Positions 49,162 through 60,163 of a DNA stretch of 64,000 bases are shown piece by piece. The DNA lies in contig JABIDK010000005.1 in assembly GCA_018651725.1 (NCBI GenBank), positions 64,064 to 128,063 on the forward strand, given 5' to 3'. This DNA is from Candidatus Falkowbacteria bacterium. GTDB lineage: Bacteria > Patescibacteriota > Patescibacteriia > JAACEG01. The number at the start of each line of letters is the position of its first letter. Position 1 is the stretch's first letter. Below the pieces are notes generated by a model. The model did not search any database. It was not told the DNA's origin and saw only the letters and a program-made list of their open reading frames with translations. Made by a program: the position numbers and the translations under genes.

Positions 49162-50250
49162 ATGTCCATACAAGATTTAAGCCAACAATTTAAAGAATTG
49201 AAAAATAAGATAGCAGAAACTATGAAGCTTCTTAAAATTGATGATAAGAAAACAGAGTTGAAAGTTTTAGATATGGAGATGTCGGAGCAGGGCTTTTGGG
49301 ACAATCAAGATGAGGCGCGGGAAGTTAGTCAAAGGGCAAGTGATTTGCGTGAAGAAATTGAACGCTGGAGTAAGATTAAAAAAGAAACAGAGGAGCTATT
49401 GGGACTAGCTGAGTCAGGAGATGAAGAGTTAAGCGAGCAACTAAAAAAAGAACTTAAAGATAAAGAAAAGGAGTTTGAAAAGTTGGAGTTTTTTGTTTTG
49501 TTTTCCGGCAAGTACGATAAAAATAACGCGATAATGTCAATTCACGCCGGAGCCGGCGGAGTAGATGCTCAGGACTGGTCGGAAATGTTGTTGAGAATGT
49601 ATTTGCGGTTTTGTGAAAAAAAGAATTGGAAAGTGGACATTGTAGATGAATCAAAAGGACAAGAGGCTGGAATAAAAAGTATTACTTTGCACATTAAAGG
49701 ACAAAACGTGTTTGGATTTTTAAAGAGTGAAAACGGCGTTCATCGCTTGGTTAGAATTTCACCATTTGATGCCGAAGCAATGCGACATACTTCTTTTTCT
49801 TTAGTTGATATTTTACCGGAGTTGGGAGACACACAAGAAATTGAAATTAAAGACGATGATTTACGAGTGGAAACTTTTAAAGCCTCCGGTCACGGCGGGC
49901 AAGGAGTTAATACTACGGATTCAGCTGTAAGAATTGTGCATATTCCAACCGATATAAAAGTGGTTTGCAGAAATGAAAGATCACAGTTGCAAAACAAAGA
50001 AACTGCTATGAAGATTTTACGCGCCAAGCTTTTAGAGTACGAGGAAGAAAAAAAAGATAAAGAAAAAAAAGAACTCCGCGGCGAAGTTCAAAAAGCCGAA
50101 TGGGGTAGTCAAATCAGAAGTTATGTCCTACATCCCTACAAAATGGTAAAAGACCACCGCACAAATTTTGAAACTCAAGAAACAGAAAAAGTCCTAGACG
50201 GAGAAGTCGATGAATTTATTGAGGAGTATTTAAAAAGTTTAAAAAAATAA
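49162..50250 (+). CDS. prfB: Peptide chain release factor 2 (no programmed frameshift)
   Basis: SPF tripeptide, GGQ motif and WGSQIRSYV; continuous ORF. Confidence 0.97.
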   Translation: MSIQDLSQQFKELKNKIAETMKLLKIDDKKTELKVLDMEMSEQGFWDNQDEAREVSQRASDLREEIERWSKIKKETEELLGLAESGDEELSEQLKKELKDKEKEFEKLEFFVLFSGKYDKNNAIMSIHAGAGGVDAQDWSEMLLRMYLRFCEKKNWKVDIVDESKGQEAGIKSITLHIKGQNVFGFLKSENGVHRLVRISPFDAEAMRHTSFSLVDILPELGDTQEIEIKDDDLRVETFKASGHGGQGVNTTDSAVRIVHIPTDIKVVCRNERSQLQNKETAMKILRAKLLEYEEEKKDKEKKELRGEVQKAEWGSQIRSYVLHPYKMVKDHRTNFETQETEKVLDGEVDEFIEEYLKSLKK

Positions 50251-50260
50251 AGATATTCAT

Positions 50261-51184
50261 ATGAAAATTTTAATTACTGGCGGTGCCGGATTTATTGGGT
50301 CTAGTTTAGCGGATGCCTTAATTGAAAAAGGTGATGATGTTGTGATTGTTGATAATTTGGTTACTGGGAAAAAAGAGTACATAAATTCGCAGGCTAAATT
50401 TTATGAAGTGGATATTTGCTCAACTGAAATTGAAGATATTTTTGCAAAAGAAAAGCCTGATTATGTTTTTCATTTTGCAGCGCAAATCGATGTGAGGAAA
50501 TCAGTTGATGATCCTGTTTTTGATAATAAAGTTAATGCTTTGGGAAGTTTGAATATTTTTCAAACAAGTGCAAAAAATAAAGTTAAGAAAGTTATTTTTG
50601 CCTCAACCGGCGGAGCCTTGTATGGCGATGTAGAGAGTCCGGCAAAAGAAGAAGATTTAATTGAACCCCTTAGCCCGTATGCAATTCATAAATATACCGC
50701 GGAAAGATATTTGGAGTTTTTAAAAGAAGTTCATGGACTTAATTATGCTGTTTTAAGGTTGGCTAATGTTTATGGCATCAGGCAATATAAAGGAGGAGAG
50801 TGTGGAGTGATTGGAATTTTTACTAGCAATGCAGTTGAGAAAAAACAAAGTATAATTTATGGCGATGGCAGTAAAACCAGAGATTATGTTTATATCTCCG
50901 ATGTAGTGAATGCTTTTATTTTAGCAATGAAAAAAGATTGTTCAGGGGTTTTTAACATCGGGACAGAAAAAGAAACAAGCGTTCTAGATATTGTAAAAGC
51001 AATCGAGAATACCACCAAAGAAAAGTTTGACTATAAATGTGAAAACGACAGACCAGGAGAAGTTAAAAGAAGCGTTCTATGTTGTCAAAATGCTCATGAT
51101 CTGTTAGGCTGGAAAGCAGAAGTTGATTTAAAAGAAGGGGCGCAAAAAACTTTAAAGTGGATAGAATCTATAAAAAATATATGA
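50261..51184 (+). CDS. UDP-glucose 4-epimerase-like SDR
   Basis: [18 protein letters not shown] and YxxxK motifs. Confidence 0.88.
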   Translation: MKILITGGAGFIGSSLADALIEKGDDVVIVDNLVTGKKEYINSQAKFYEVDICSTEIEDIFAKEKPDYVFHFAAQIDVRKSVDDPVFDNKVNALGSLNIFQTSAKNKVKKVIFASTGGALYGDVESPAKEEDLIEPLSPYAIHKYTAERYLEFLKEVHGLNYAVLRLANVYGIRQYKGGECGVIGIFTSNAVEKKQSIIYGDGSKTRDYVYISDVVNAFILAMKKDCSGVFNIGTEKETSVLDIVKAIENTTKEKFDYKCENDRPGEVKRSVLCCQNAHDLLGWKAEVDLKEGAQKTLKWIESIKNI

Positions 51185-52131
51185 AAATTTTAATTACCGG
51201 AGGAGCCGGATTTATTGGCTCTAATTTAGCGAAAAAATTAATAGACAGAGGTGATGAAGTTGTGATGGTCGATAATTTTAATGATTATTATGACCCGCAG
51301 TTAAAAGAAGATAGGATTAAAAAGTTTTTAAAAGGTTATGACTTCAAATTGTATCGAGGAGATATTCGCGACTATGATTTACTTAAAGAAATATTCAAAA
51401 AAGAAAAATTAGACAAAGTAATGCATTTTGCGGCTATGGCCGGGGTGCGAAACTCTTTGGAAGACCCATTTTTATATGAAGAGGTTAACATTCGCGGAAC
51501 TTTAAATTTACTAGATTTAGCAGCAAAGCATAAAATTAAAAATTTTGTTTTTGCTTCATCTTCTTCTATTTATGCTCAAAATAAAAAGGTCCCTTTTTCT
51601 GAAGAAGATAGGGTTGATCATCCAATCTCACCTTATGCGGCAACTAAAAAATCAAAAGAATTAATGGCCCATGTTTATAGTCATTTGTACGGTTTAAATG
51701 TGACCGGACTTAGATATTTTACTGTTTATGGACCATGGGGTAGGCCGGATATGTCATATTTTAAATTTGCCGATAAAATGAGAAAAGAGCAACCAATTGA
51801 TGTTTACAATAGAGGTAAAATGAGTAGAAATTTTACTTACATAGATGATATAGTTAGTGGAACCATTAAGGCACTTGATAATCCGGCTAGATATTCAATA
51901 ATGAATATCGGCGGAGACAGAGAGGAGACTTTAATGAGGTTTATTGATGTTCTTGAAGAAAGTCTAGGGACTAAGGCAAAAAAGAACATGTTGCCAATGC
52001 AACCGGGCGATGTCAAATCCACGGTAGCTGATATTTCCAAGTTAAGAGCACTCGGCTGGGCGCCAACTACAAGAATTGAAGAAGGGCTTAAAAATTTTGC
52101 AGATTGGTATAAGGAATATTATAAAGATTAA
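51181..52131 (+). CDS. UDP-glucuronate 4-epimerase-like SDR
   Basis: FAAMAGVR, SPYAATKK and FTVYGPWGRPDM motifs. Confidence 0.9.
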   Translation: MKILITGGAGFIGSNLAKKLIDRGDEVVMVDNFNDYYDPQLKEDRIKKFLKGYDFKLYRGDIRDYDLLKEIFKKEKLDKVMHFAAMAGVRNSLEDPFLYEEVNIRGTLNLLDLAAKHKIKNFVFASSSSIYAQNKKVPFSEEDRVDHPISPYAATKKSKELMAHVYSHLYGLNVTGLRYFTVYGPWGRPDMSYFKFADKMRKEQPIDVYNRGKMSRNFTYIDDIVSGTIKALDNPARYSIMNIGGDREETLMRFIDVLEESLGTKAKKNMLPMQPGDVKSTVADISKLRALGWAPTTRIEEGLKNFADWYKEYYKD

Positions 52132-52142
52132 ATATAATATTT

Positions 52143-53435
52143 ATGAAAATTGCAGTTATTGGGACAGGTTATGTTGGGTTGGTCCAAGGAGTTGGACTAG
52201 CTGAAAAGGGCCACGAAGTGGTCTGTGTTGATATTGATAAGGAGAAAATAGAAAAATTAAAACAAGGCATTAGCCCTATTTATGAGCCTGGCCTGGATGA
52301 ACTGATTGAGAAAAATATAAAAGCCAAGCAATTGTCTTTTAGCACGGATTTAGCATCTTCTATAAATGGAGCCAAGGCTATTTTTATTGGCGTTGGTACT
52401 CCTCAGGGCGAAGGCGGTGCGGCTGATTTAAGTTATGTTTACACGGTTGCTCGTGAGATAGGAGAAAGTATGAAAGAATATTCCGTGATTATAAATAAAA
52501 GCACAGTGCCGGTTGGCTCGGCCAAGAAGGTTGCAGACATTATTAAAGAAAACTATGACAATGAGTTCGATGTTGTTTCTAACCCGGAGTTTTTACGTGA
52601 AGGAATGGCTGTTAGCGATGTAATGAATCCGGATAGAGTTGTAATTGGTACAAACAGCAAAACAGCAAAAAAAATAATGGAGGAAATTTATAAAGATTTT
52701 GACTGTCCAAAAGTTTTCGTAACTCCTGAGAGCGCAGAGTTAATTAAATATGCCTCCAATGCTTTTTTAGCCACAAAAATATCTTTTATCAATGAAATCG
52801 CCGGTATCTGCGAGCGAGTTGGTGCTGATGTTAAAGAGGTAAGTGAAGGAATGGGGCTGGACAAAAGAATAGGAGATAAATTTTTGGAAGCCGGACTTGG
52901 TTACGGCGGATCATGTTTCCCAAAAGACACCAGGGCTTTGCATCAGATTGCCAATTTAAATAACTATGAATTCAAAATTTTAAAGTCAGTAATCGAAGTT
53001 AACAATAATCAGAAAAGATTAATCAGAGAAAAGATTAAAAAGACATTTCCTGATATGCGTGGCAAAATATTTGCTGTTTGGGGTCTTGCCTTTAAACCGG
53101 ACACAGATGATGTTAGAGAGTCCCCGGCAATCAATCTAATCCGTTGGCTTATTGGTCGCGGAGTTAAGGTAAGAGCCTGTGATCCAATCGCTATTGAAAA
53201 TGCAAAAAGTCATTTGCCTCATGAAGTTGAATATTTTGATTCACCATATGATGCAGCTAGTGGAGCTGATGCTGTTGTAGTAATAACTGATTGGAATCAT
53301 TTTAAAGAAATCGATAAAAATTTATTAAAAGAAGTTTTAGGCGAACATAATATTTTTGACGGTCGAAATATTTTTGATCCTAGGGAAATGAAAGAACTTG
53401 GTTTTAATTATCACGGAATTGGAAGAAGGGTTTAG
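52143..53435 (+). CDS. ugd: UDP-glucose 6-dehydrogenase
   Basis: GTGYVG, SNPEFLREG and GYGGSCFPKD motifs. Confidence 0.95.
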   Translation: MKIAVIGTGYVGLVQGVGLAEKGHEVVCVDIDKEKIEKLKQGISPIYEPGLDELIEKNIKAKQLSFSTDLASSINGAKAIFIGVGTPQGEGGAADLSYVYTVAREIGESMKEYSVIINKSTVPVGSAKKVADIIKENYDNEFDVVSNPEFLREGMAVSDVMNPDRVVIGTNSKTAKKIMEEIYKDFDCPKVFVTPESAELIKYASNAFLATKISFINEIAGICERVGADVKEVSEGMGLDKRIGDKFLEAGLGYGGSCFPKDTRALHQIANLNNYEFKILKSVIEVNNNQKRLIREKIKKTFPDMRGKIFAVWGLAFKPDTDDVRESPAINLIRWLIGRGVKVRACDPIAIENAKSHLPHEVEYFDSPYDAASGADAVVVITDWNHFKEIDKNLLKEVLGEHNIFDGRNIFDPREMKELGFNYHGIGRRV

Positions 53436-53458
53436 TAACGATATTGTCACGAAATTTA

Positions 53459-53498
53459 AAAAATAAAACTCTGCTCTATTGAGCAGAGTTTTATTTTT
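53459..53498. terminator. Bidirectional intrinsic terminator
   Basis: AAAAATAAAACTCTGCTC-TATT-GAGCAGAGTTTTATTTTT. Confidence 0.8.
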
Positions 53499-53506
53499 TA
53501 AAAGGG

Positions 53507-54019
53507 CTATCTGGTTATTAAGAATTTTCTTTTATTTTGACTCATATTAATAAAGCTGTCAGCGGTTGTTATTAGTTTGGCGCTTGATGATTCTTGGAAG
53601 GCGATTATTTCTACTCGACAACCGGTAGTATTTTGGATGTACTCTACCATAGGAATATAATCACCATCACCGGAGGCAAGAACAATAACGTCCAGACTTT
53701 TAGACATTTTAATAGCATCAACAGCGATGCCAACATCCCAGTCTCCTTTTTTTGCTCCGCCTGGAAAAATTTGCAGATCCTTTGTTTTCACTTCAAATCC
53801 TTGATTTTCAAGAGCTTCAAAAAATTTTTCCTCCAAACCCTCCGCTGTTCTTATTCCGTAAGCAATAGCTCTGATAAATTTTCTTCCGGAAACAGACTCT
53901 TCCAGAACTTTGTTAAAATTTACTTTTTTTCCATGGAGAACTTTTCCGCTGTAATAAAGGTTTTGGATGTCAACTAATACTCCGACTCTTTGTTCTTTAA
54001 ATTTAGATATTTTAGGCAT
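53507..54019 (-). CDS. NYN-domain (LabA/DUF88) protein
   Basis: VDIQNLY, KGDWDV and SGDGDY motifs. Confidence 0.9.
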   Translation of the reverse strand: MPKISKFKEQRVGVLVDIQNLYYSGKVLHGKKVNFNKVLEESVSGRKFIRAIAYGIRTAEGLEEKFFEALENQGFEVKTKDLQIFPGGAKKGDWDVGIAVDAIKMSKSLDVIVLASGDGDYIPMVEYIQNTTGCRVEIIAFQESSSAKLITTADSFINMSQNKRKFLITR

Positions 54020-54035
54020 AGTATTTTAGTTTCAA

Positions 54036-54195
54036 TAGACCTATTACATAATAAACTATTACTGCAATCCCCATATTTTGGTAAATTTCTTTGTAAAATT
54101 TTTGACCTATGCTAAGGCATAAGCAAAAAATTTTACAAAGAAATTTCCTCAAAATCTAGGAATTTCGTTACATAGCTTATTATGCAACAGGTCTA
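54036..54195. mobile_element. MITE-like element, long copy (160 bp)
   Basis: Imperfect 24-bp TIR; shares TACTGCAATCCCCATATTTTGGTA with the reverse complement of 26758-26830; has an internal hairpin. Confidence 0.7.
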
Positions 54196-55328
54196 TTATA
54201 AACTTCCTCGGTTTTTTGGATCATTTGTTCCAAGGTAAATTTATTAATTAGTTTTTTATAGGCATTAGTTGTGAAAATTTCTGCAATTTCTGGTTGCTTT
54301 AAATAGTAAATCGTTTTCTCAGCTATTTTTTTTATTGTTTTAGTTTCCACTTTTCCTTGAACTGACTCAACTAAAAATCCGTTTTCACCATCAGTGATTA
54401 TTTCCGGTACCCCGCCGACTTTGGTGGCAACGATTGGCACTTCAGCAGCCATGGCCTCTAAAATTGCATATGGGAAACCTTCTTTCACCGACGGCAGCAC
54501 GAAAACATCCAGGGCTTTTAAATATCGTGCAGCATTTTTTATTGGCCCGAAAAGAAAATTATTTGTAAGTCTCATTTTTTTAATCTGCTCCTCCAAGGAT
54601 TTTCTTTGCGGTCCATCACCAATTAAAATAAATTTAGCATTATTAAAATCTTGGATAATAATTCCAGCTGCCTCAATCAGCCGATGTAAAGCTTTGGTAG
54701 GGTAGTAATTAGCAATAACCCCGATTACTTTATGATTTTGAGAAAGATTTAATTCACGTCTTGATTCTTCTTTTGATAAAAAATTAATATCATTTAAGTT
54801 AAGGCCATTTTGAATGGTTACAAATTTTTCTTTTGGCGCTATTTTATTTTTAATTCCTATTTGTTTATCTTTTTCACTAATCGCAATAATTTTATTTTTG
54901 TAAATCGCAGAAAATTTTTCCGCGTATAAATATATTTTTTTCTTAATTATATTCATTGGTTCATTAAAAACAAATCCATGAGCAGTGTAAATTACTTTAG
55001 TTTTTAAACCAACGCTACCTAAGCTGCCAATTACCCCGGCTTTAGAGCTGTTAAGATGAATAATGTCTGGTTTAAACATTTTAATAAGTTTACGCATCTC
55101 AAAAACAGCCAAAATATCGTGTAAAGGATCAATTTCTCTTTTTAAATGTTTTAACGGATAATACTCTATTTTTTCTTGCTCTAGTTTTTGAAAAAGAGGA
55201 CTACCAAGTTTCCCGCCCGAGGCCACCATTACTTCATACTTGTCTTTTAAATTACAAGCCAAATCAAGCACATATTTCTGTGCCCCGCCAATTTCCGGCA
55301 AGGTGATAACATAAAGTATTTTTTTCAT
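54180..55328 (-). CDS. Glycosyltransferase family 4
   Basis: GGAQ, YTAHG and EGFPYAILEAMA motifs. Confidence 0.92.
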   Translation of the reverse strand: MKKILYVITLPEIGGAQKYVLDLACNLKDKYEVMVASGGKLGSPLFQKLEQEKIEYYPLKHLKREIDPLHDILAVFEMRKLIKMFKPDIIHLNSSKAGVIGSLGSVGLKTKVIYTAHGFVFNEPMNIIKKKIYLYAEKFSAIYKNKIIAISEKDKQIGIKNKIAPKEKFVTIQNGLNLNDINFLSKEESRRELNLSQNHKVIGVIANYYPTKALHRLIEAAGIIIQDFNNAKFILIGDGPQRKSLEEQIKKMRLTNNFLFGPIKNAARYLKALDVFVLPSVKEGFPYAILEAMAAEVPIVATKVGGVPEIITDGENGFLVESVQGKVETKTIKKIAEKTIYYLKQPEIAEIFTTNAYKKLINKFTLEQMIQKTEEVYNRPVA

Positions 55329-55393
55329 ATTAAAAATTGACTAATTATCTTATTTAAAGGTATAATACAATAAATAATATAAAAATTCAAACT

Positions 55394-56257
55394 ATGAAGA
55401 AAACAATTCTCGTTACCGGAGGAGCTGGGTTTATTGGTTCGTATTTATGCGAGCGTCTTTTGCGTGATGGACATAAAGTTATATCATTAGATAATTATTT
55501 TACCGGCAGCGAAAAAAACCATATTAAAGGAGTGGAATATATTAAAGGTGAAACAAAAGATATAGAAAATTTAATAACTGAAATTCCGGATGTTATTTAT
55601 CATCTTGGCGAATATTCTCGAGTGATGACAAGCTTTGATGATATTGATTTAATTTGGCGACTTAATAAATTTGGAACTTTTAAGGTTCTTGAATTTTGTC
55701 GAAAAAATAATATTAGGCTGATATACGCCGGCTCCAGTACAAAATTTGGCGAATTTAGTGATAATGGCAATGGAAAAGATCAAGCGCCCTATGTCTATTT
55801 TAAATCAACTAATACTGATTTAGTGAATAACTATGGAAAATGGTTTGGGTTAGATTATGCTATTACTTATTTTTATAACGTCTACGGGAACAGAGAAATA
55901 AGTAATGGTAAATATGCCACAGTTATAGGAATTTTTATTAGAAAATATAAAAACAAAGAGTCTTTGACCGTGGTTTCTCCAGGGACACAAAAAAGAGCCT
56001 TTACTCACGTTGACGATACAATAGATGGACTTGTTTTGGTTGGTGAAAAAGGCAACGGTGATGGATATTGCATCGGATCAAATAAAGAATATTCTATTTT
56101 GGATATCGCTAAAATTTTTAATGGAAAAATAGAAATGATTCCGGAAAAAAGAGGCGACAGAAAATTTTCTAAAATAGATTTTACAAAAATGAAAGAACTG
56201 GGTTGGTCTTCCCAAAAAAATGTAGAAGATTATATTAAAGATAAAATAAATGTCTAA
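55394..56257 (+). CDS. NAD-dependent epimerase/dehydratase
   Basis: TGGAGFIGS and YxxxK (YVYFK) motifs. Confidence 0.85.
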   Translation: MKKTILVTGGAGFIGSYLCERLLRDGHKVISLDNYFTGSEKNHIKGVEYIKGETKDIENLITEIPDVIYHLGEYSRVMTSFDDIDLIWRLNKFGTFKVLEFCRKNNIRLIYAGSSTKFGEFSDNGNGKDQAPYVYFKSTNTDLVNNYGKWFGLDYAITYFYNVYGNREISNGKYATVIGIFIRKYKNKESLTVVSPGTQKRAFTHVDDTIDGLVLVGEKGNGDGYCIGSNKEYSILDIAKIFNGKIEMIPEKRGDRKFSKIDFTKMKELGWSSQKNVEDYIKDKINV

Positions 56258-57452
56258 AAAAGTTTTAATTTTTTCTTTGGCTTATCCGCCGTTTGTAGGG
56301 GGAGCAGAGTTGGCTATTAAGGAGGAAACAGATCGGATTAAAGACATTGAATTTGATATGGTAACGCTTCGTTTTGATCGTGATTTGCCGAAGTTTGAAC
56401 GGGTTGGTAATGTTAATGTTTATCGGATTGGTTTTACTAAACCGGGGGCGAAGATGGAAGATTTAGTGAAGTATCCGTTGAAGTTAAATAAGTTAATTTT
56501 TCCGTTTATTGCTTGTTTTAAAGCTTCAAAGCTACATAAGAAAAATAAATATGATGCGATCTGGGCGATGATGGCGGCTTACGCCGGCTTTGCAGCTATG
56601 TTTTTTAAGACTAGGCACCCAAAAGTTCCGTATTTATTAACCTTACAAGAAGGCGATCCGATCGATTATATTTTGAAAAAAGTTAGATTTGTTAAACCTT
56701 TATTTAAGAGGATTTTCACTAAAGCCGATTATCTGCAAGCGATCTCTAATTATTTGGCAAGCTGGGGCAAGGGTATGGGATTTAAGGGAGAGTTAAAACT
56801 TGTTCCTAACGCAGTTAATACCGCTCATTTTTCTCAAGAGTATAACGAAGAGGAATTAAATGAACTCAAAAAAGAACTAGGCAAAAAAGATAACGATAAA
56901 TATGTTATTACCACCTCAAGATTGGTTTTAAAAAACGCTGTTGATGATGTTATAAAATCATTACAGTATTTGCCGGATAATATTAAATTTTTGGTTTTAG
57001 GTGATGGGCCGGATAAAGAAAAATTAGATAAATTAGTTGAAAAATTAAAAGTGAAAGATAGAGTTAAATTTTTAGGTCTGGTTGATCATAAAGTAATGCC
57101 TAAATATTTAAAGGCCTCTGATATTTTTATTCGTGCATCACTATCTGAGGGCTTTGGTAATTCTTTTATCGAGGCCATGGCCGCTGAAATTCCTGTAATA
57201 GCCACCCAAGAGGGTGGAATAGCTGATTTTTTATTTGACAGCGAAAAAAATCCAAACAAAAAATCAACCGGCTGGGCAGTGAATAAGCGTGATCCAAAAG
57301 GCATTGCTCAAGCTATTAAGAAAATTTTAGATAATCAAGAACAAACGAAAAAGACAGTTGAAAATGCTAAGAAAATGGCCTTTGAAAAATACGATTGGAA
57401 TATAATCGCCAAGGACATGGAAGGGATTTTTAAAAAGATAACAAAAAAATAA
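56250..57452 (+). CDS. Glycosyltransferase family 4
   Basis: GGAE and EGFGNSFIEAMA motifs. Confidence 0.92.
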   Translation: MSKKVLIFSLAYPPFVGGAELAIKEETDRIKDIEFDMVTLRFDRDLPKFERVGNVNVYRIGFTKPGAKMEDLVKYPLKLNKLIFPFIACFKASKLHKKNKYDAIWAMMAAYAGFAAMFFKTRHPKVPYLLTLQEGDPIDYILKKVRFVKPLFKRIFTKADYLQAISNYLASWGKGMGFKGELKLVPNAVNTAHFSQEYNEEELNELKKELGKKDNDKYVITTSRLVLKNAVDDVIKSLQYLPDNIKFLVLGDGPDKEKLDKLVEKLKVKDRVKFLGLVDHKVMPKYLKASDIFIRASLSEGFGNSFIEAMAAEIPVIATQEGGIADFLFDSEKNPNKKSTGWAVNKRDPKGIAQAIKKILDNQEQTKKTVENAKKMAFEKYDWNIIAKDMEGIFKKITKK

Positions 57453-57871
57453 TGGAAGCTATTAAAAATTTAATTTATAAGTACAAACTTTTTATAAAAT
57501 ATTGCATAGTTGGCGGAACCGCTGCAGTGGTTGATTTTGGGATTCTTTTTATTTTAACTGATTTTTTTAGCGTTTATTATTTAACCTCTGCTACAGCTTC
57601 TTTTATTGTTTCGGCTCTAGTAAATTATTCTTTAAACAGATCTTGGACATTTCAGTCAAATGGAAAAAAGAGAAAGCAGTTACCGATTTTTTTTACTATC
57701 GCCACTTTAGGACTGATTATTAATAACGGTATAATGTATACAGGAGTAGAGTTTTTTGGGCTGTGGTATATTTTAGCAAAAGTAATCGCAACCGGAGTAG
57801 TCTTAATCTGGAATTTTTTAGGCAATAAATATTTTACATTTAAAGTATATGAAAATAATATTAGCGGCTGA
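57452..57871 (+). CDS. GtrA family membrane protein
   Basis: KYCIVGG, NRSWTF and NKYFTF motifs; 4 TM helices. Confidence 0.9.
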   Translation: MEAIKNLIYKYKLFIKYCIVGGTAAVVDFGILFILTDFFSVYYLTSATASFIVSALVNYSLNRSWTFQSNGKKRKQLPIFFTIATLGLIINNGIMYTGVEFFGLWYILAKVIATGVVLIWNFLGNKYFTFKVYENNISG

Positions 57872-59003
57872 TATTTTTCCGCCTGATATTGGTGGGCCGG
57901 CTACATATAGTAAAAATTTAGCTAAGGAGTTAATAAACGCCGGACACAAGGTTGAGGTTATTTGTTATGCAGACGAAAAAGGAGAAGAAAAAGTAGACGG
58001 TTATCAAGTAACTAAAATAGATAGAAGCAAACCAATTTTTTTTCGTTATTTGGATTATTTTTTACAACTTTTAAAGATTGGAAAATCAGTTGATTTGATT
58101 TATGCTATGGGGCCGGTTTCAGCTGGTCTCCCCGTGATGCTTGCTTGTAAATTTTTAAAGAAAAAATATTTAGTTAAGGTGGTAGGGGATTACGCTTGGG
58201 AACAGGGTCGGAATCGGTTTGGAGTAATCGACGGAATCGATGAATTTCAAGATAAAAAATACTCACTAAAGGTAGAGATTTTTAGATTTATCCAAAGGAG
58301 AGTTGTTAGAAACGCTGAAAAAGTAATTACCCCAAGTTATTATTTACAAGACTTGGTAGAGGGCTGGGGAGTAAATAAAAAAAACATAAAGGTAATCTAT
58401 AATGCTGTTAATTTGAGCGATGTTTCTATAATAGATAAATTAACTGCTCAAGATAATATAAGGATTCATGGGAAAATAGTTTTTTCCATTGCCAGGCTGG
58501 TTCCGTGGAAAGGTTTTGAAATGCTAATTAATATCTGGTCAAAAATTTTAAAGCAAGATAAAAATTTAAAGTTGGTCATAGCCGGCGATGGTCCGGAAAA
58601 AGAAAAATTGGAAAATTTAATAAGAGAAAAGCACTTAGAGAAAAAAGTTTTTTTAGTGGGCCGAATAGAGCACAAAAAATTATTTTCCTATTTTAGCGCT
58701 TCAGATATTTTTATTTTAAACTCCGGCTACGAAGGTTTGTCGCATGTCTTAATCGAAGCCTTTGCCTATCACAAACCGGTTATTGCTTCAAATAAAGGAG
58801 GAAATAAAGAAGTAATAAAAAGTAATTATAACGGATTTTTAATTGAGTATAACAATGAAGAAAAATGGCAAGAAGCGATTTTAAATTTAACAAACAACGA
58901 AAATTTAAAAAGAAAATTCGCCATAAACTCTTCTAACGATCTGGAAAAATTTAGATACAAAACAATGATTGATAAAACTTTAGAAACATTAAAAGATATA
59001 TGA
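57849..59003 (+). CDS. Glycosyltransferase family 4
   Basis: FPPDIGGPA and EGLSHVLIEA motifs. Confidence 0.92.
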   Translation: MKIILAADIFPPDIGGPATYSKNLAKELINAGHKVEVICYADEKGEEKVDGYQVTKIDRSKPIFFRYLDYFLQLLKIGKSVDLIYAMGPVSAGLPVMLACKFLKKKYLVKVVGDYAWEQGRNRFGVIDGIDEFQDKKYSLKVEIFRFIQRRVVRNAEKVITPSYYLQDLVEGWGVNKKNIKVIYNAVNLSDVSIIDKLTAQDNIRIHGKIVFSIARLVPWKGFEMLINIWSKILKQDKNLKLVIAGDGPEKEKLENLIREKHLEKKVFLVGRIEHKKLFSYFSASDIFILNSGYEGLSHVLIEAFAYHKPVIASNKGGNKEVIKSNYNGFLIEYNNEEKWQEAILNLTNNENLKRKFAINSSNDLEKFRYKTMIDKTLETLKDI

Positions 59004-60151
59004 AAATTTTAATGATTAGTTTGGATAAAAATTTATTGGGAATTGAAGGGGCTTTTGGTGATGCAACTGAAAGGCATAAGTTGTATGGAAAGCATGTGGA
59101 AAATTTAGATATTATTGTTATGAATAAAGGAAAAGAAAGTGAGCTTGAAATAAGTCATAATGTAAGAGCGTATCCGACTAGCTCTTGGTCGCGATTTTGT
59201 TATTTTTTAGATGCCTATAAAATAGGTAAAAAGATTTTTCAGAAAAGAAAATTTGATTTAATTGTTTGCCAGGATCCTTTTTTAACCGGTTTGGCTGGTT
59301 ATCTTTTAAAAAGAAAAACAAAAACCAAACTTGTAGTTCACTCGCATGGTGATTTTTTTGGAAATAAATATTGGCTAAAAGAAAATTGGTTTAATTTGCC
59401 TTTACTTTGTATTGGAAAATTTGTTATTAAAAAAGCCGACGCTATTAGAGTTGTAAGTGGGGTTATAAAAGAAAAGTTAGTAAAAATGAATATCTTGGAA
59501 AATAAAATTTATAAAATTTCTACCCCTGTTCAGTTGGAAAAATTTTCACAATTTAACAATGAACGAGTGGAAGAAATTAAAAATAAATATAACAACCGGA
59601 AAATAATTTTACTTGTTGGACGACTGGTTAAGGCTAAGAATATTTTTTTACTTATCGATGCTTTTAAAAAAGTTTTGAATGGATATAACGATACGGTTTT
59701 GCTTGTGGCCGGATCCGGTGAATTAAAAGAAGATTTGGAAAAACAAATAGAAAAACATAATCTTCAAGAAAAAGTTTTTTTGCTGGGTGCTGTTAATCAC
59801 GACGATCTGCCTAATTTTTACAAGGCCTGCGAATTTTTTGTTCTGCCGTCTACAAATGAAAGTTTCGGTAAAGTGTTACTCGAAGCAGCGGCTGCTAAAA
59901 AACCTAGTATTGCTTCAAGCACCATTGGCGCTCAAGAAATAATTCAAGAAGGAAAAACCGGTTTTATAGTTCCGATTAATGATAAAGACAAGCTAACAGG
60001 GAAAATTTTGTTTTTATTAAAAAATAAAGAAAAAACTACAGAGATGGGCGAAGAAGCAAGGAGCTATATTTTAAAAGAGTTTAGTCTGGAGAAAAGTATT
60101 GAGAAGATTATAAAAATGTGGAACGCAGTCTATAAAGCCAAAAGTCTATAA
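59000..60151 (+). CDS. Glycosyltransferase family 4
   Basis: VGRL and ESFGKVLLEA motifs. Confidence 0.9.
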   Translation: MKILMISLDKNLLGIEGAFGDATERHKLYGKHVENLDIIVMNKGKESELEISHNVRAYPTSSWSRFCYFLDAYKIGKKIFQKRKFDLIVCQDPFLTGLAGYLLKRKTKTKLVVHSHGDFFGNKYWLKENWFNLPLLCIGKFVIKKADAIRVVSGVIKEKLVKMNILENKIYKISTPVQLEKFSQFNNERVEEIKNKYNNRKIILLVGRLVKAKNIFLLIDAFKKVLNGYNDTVLLVAGSGELKEDLEKQIEKHNLQEKVFLLGAVNHDDLPNFYKACEFFVLPSTNESFGKVLLEAAAAKKPSIASSTIGAQEIIQEGKTGFIVPINDKDKLTGKILFLLKNKEKTTEMGEEARSYILKEFSLEKSIEKIIKMWNAVYKAKSL

Positions 60152-60163
60152 AGCCAAAAGTCT

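Noticed and set aside
49162-49260. Programmed +1 frameshift in prfB
   Set aside because: The CTT-TGA site is absent (it reads CTT CTT AAA) and the ORF is continuous.
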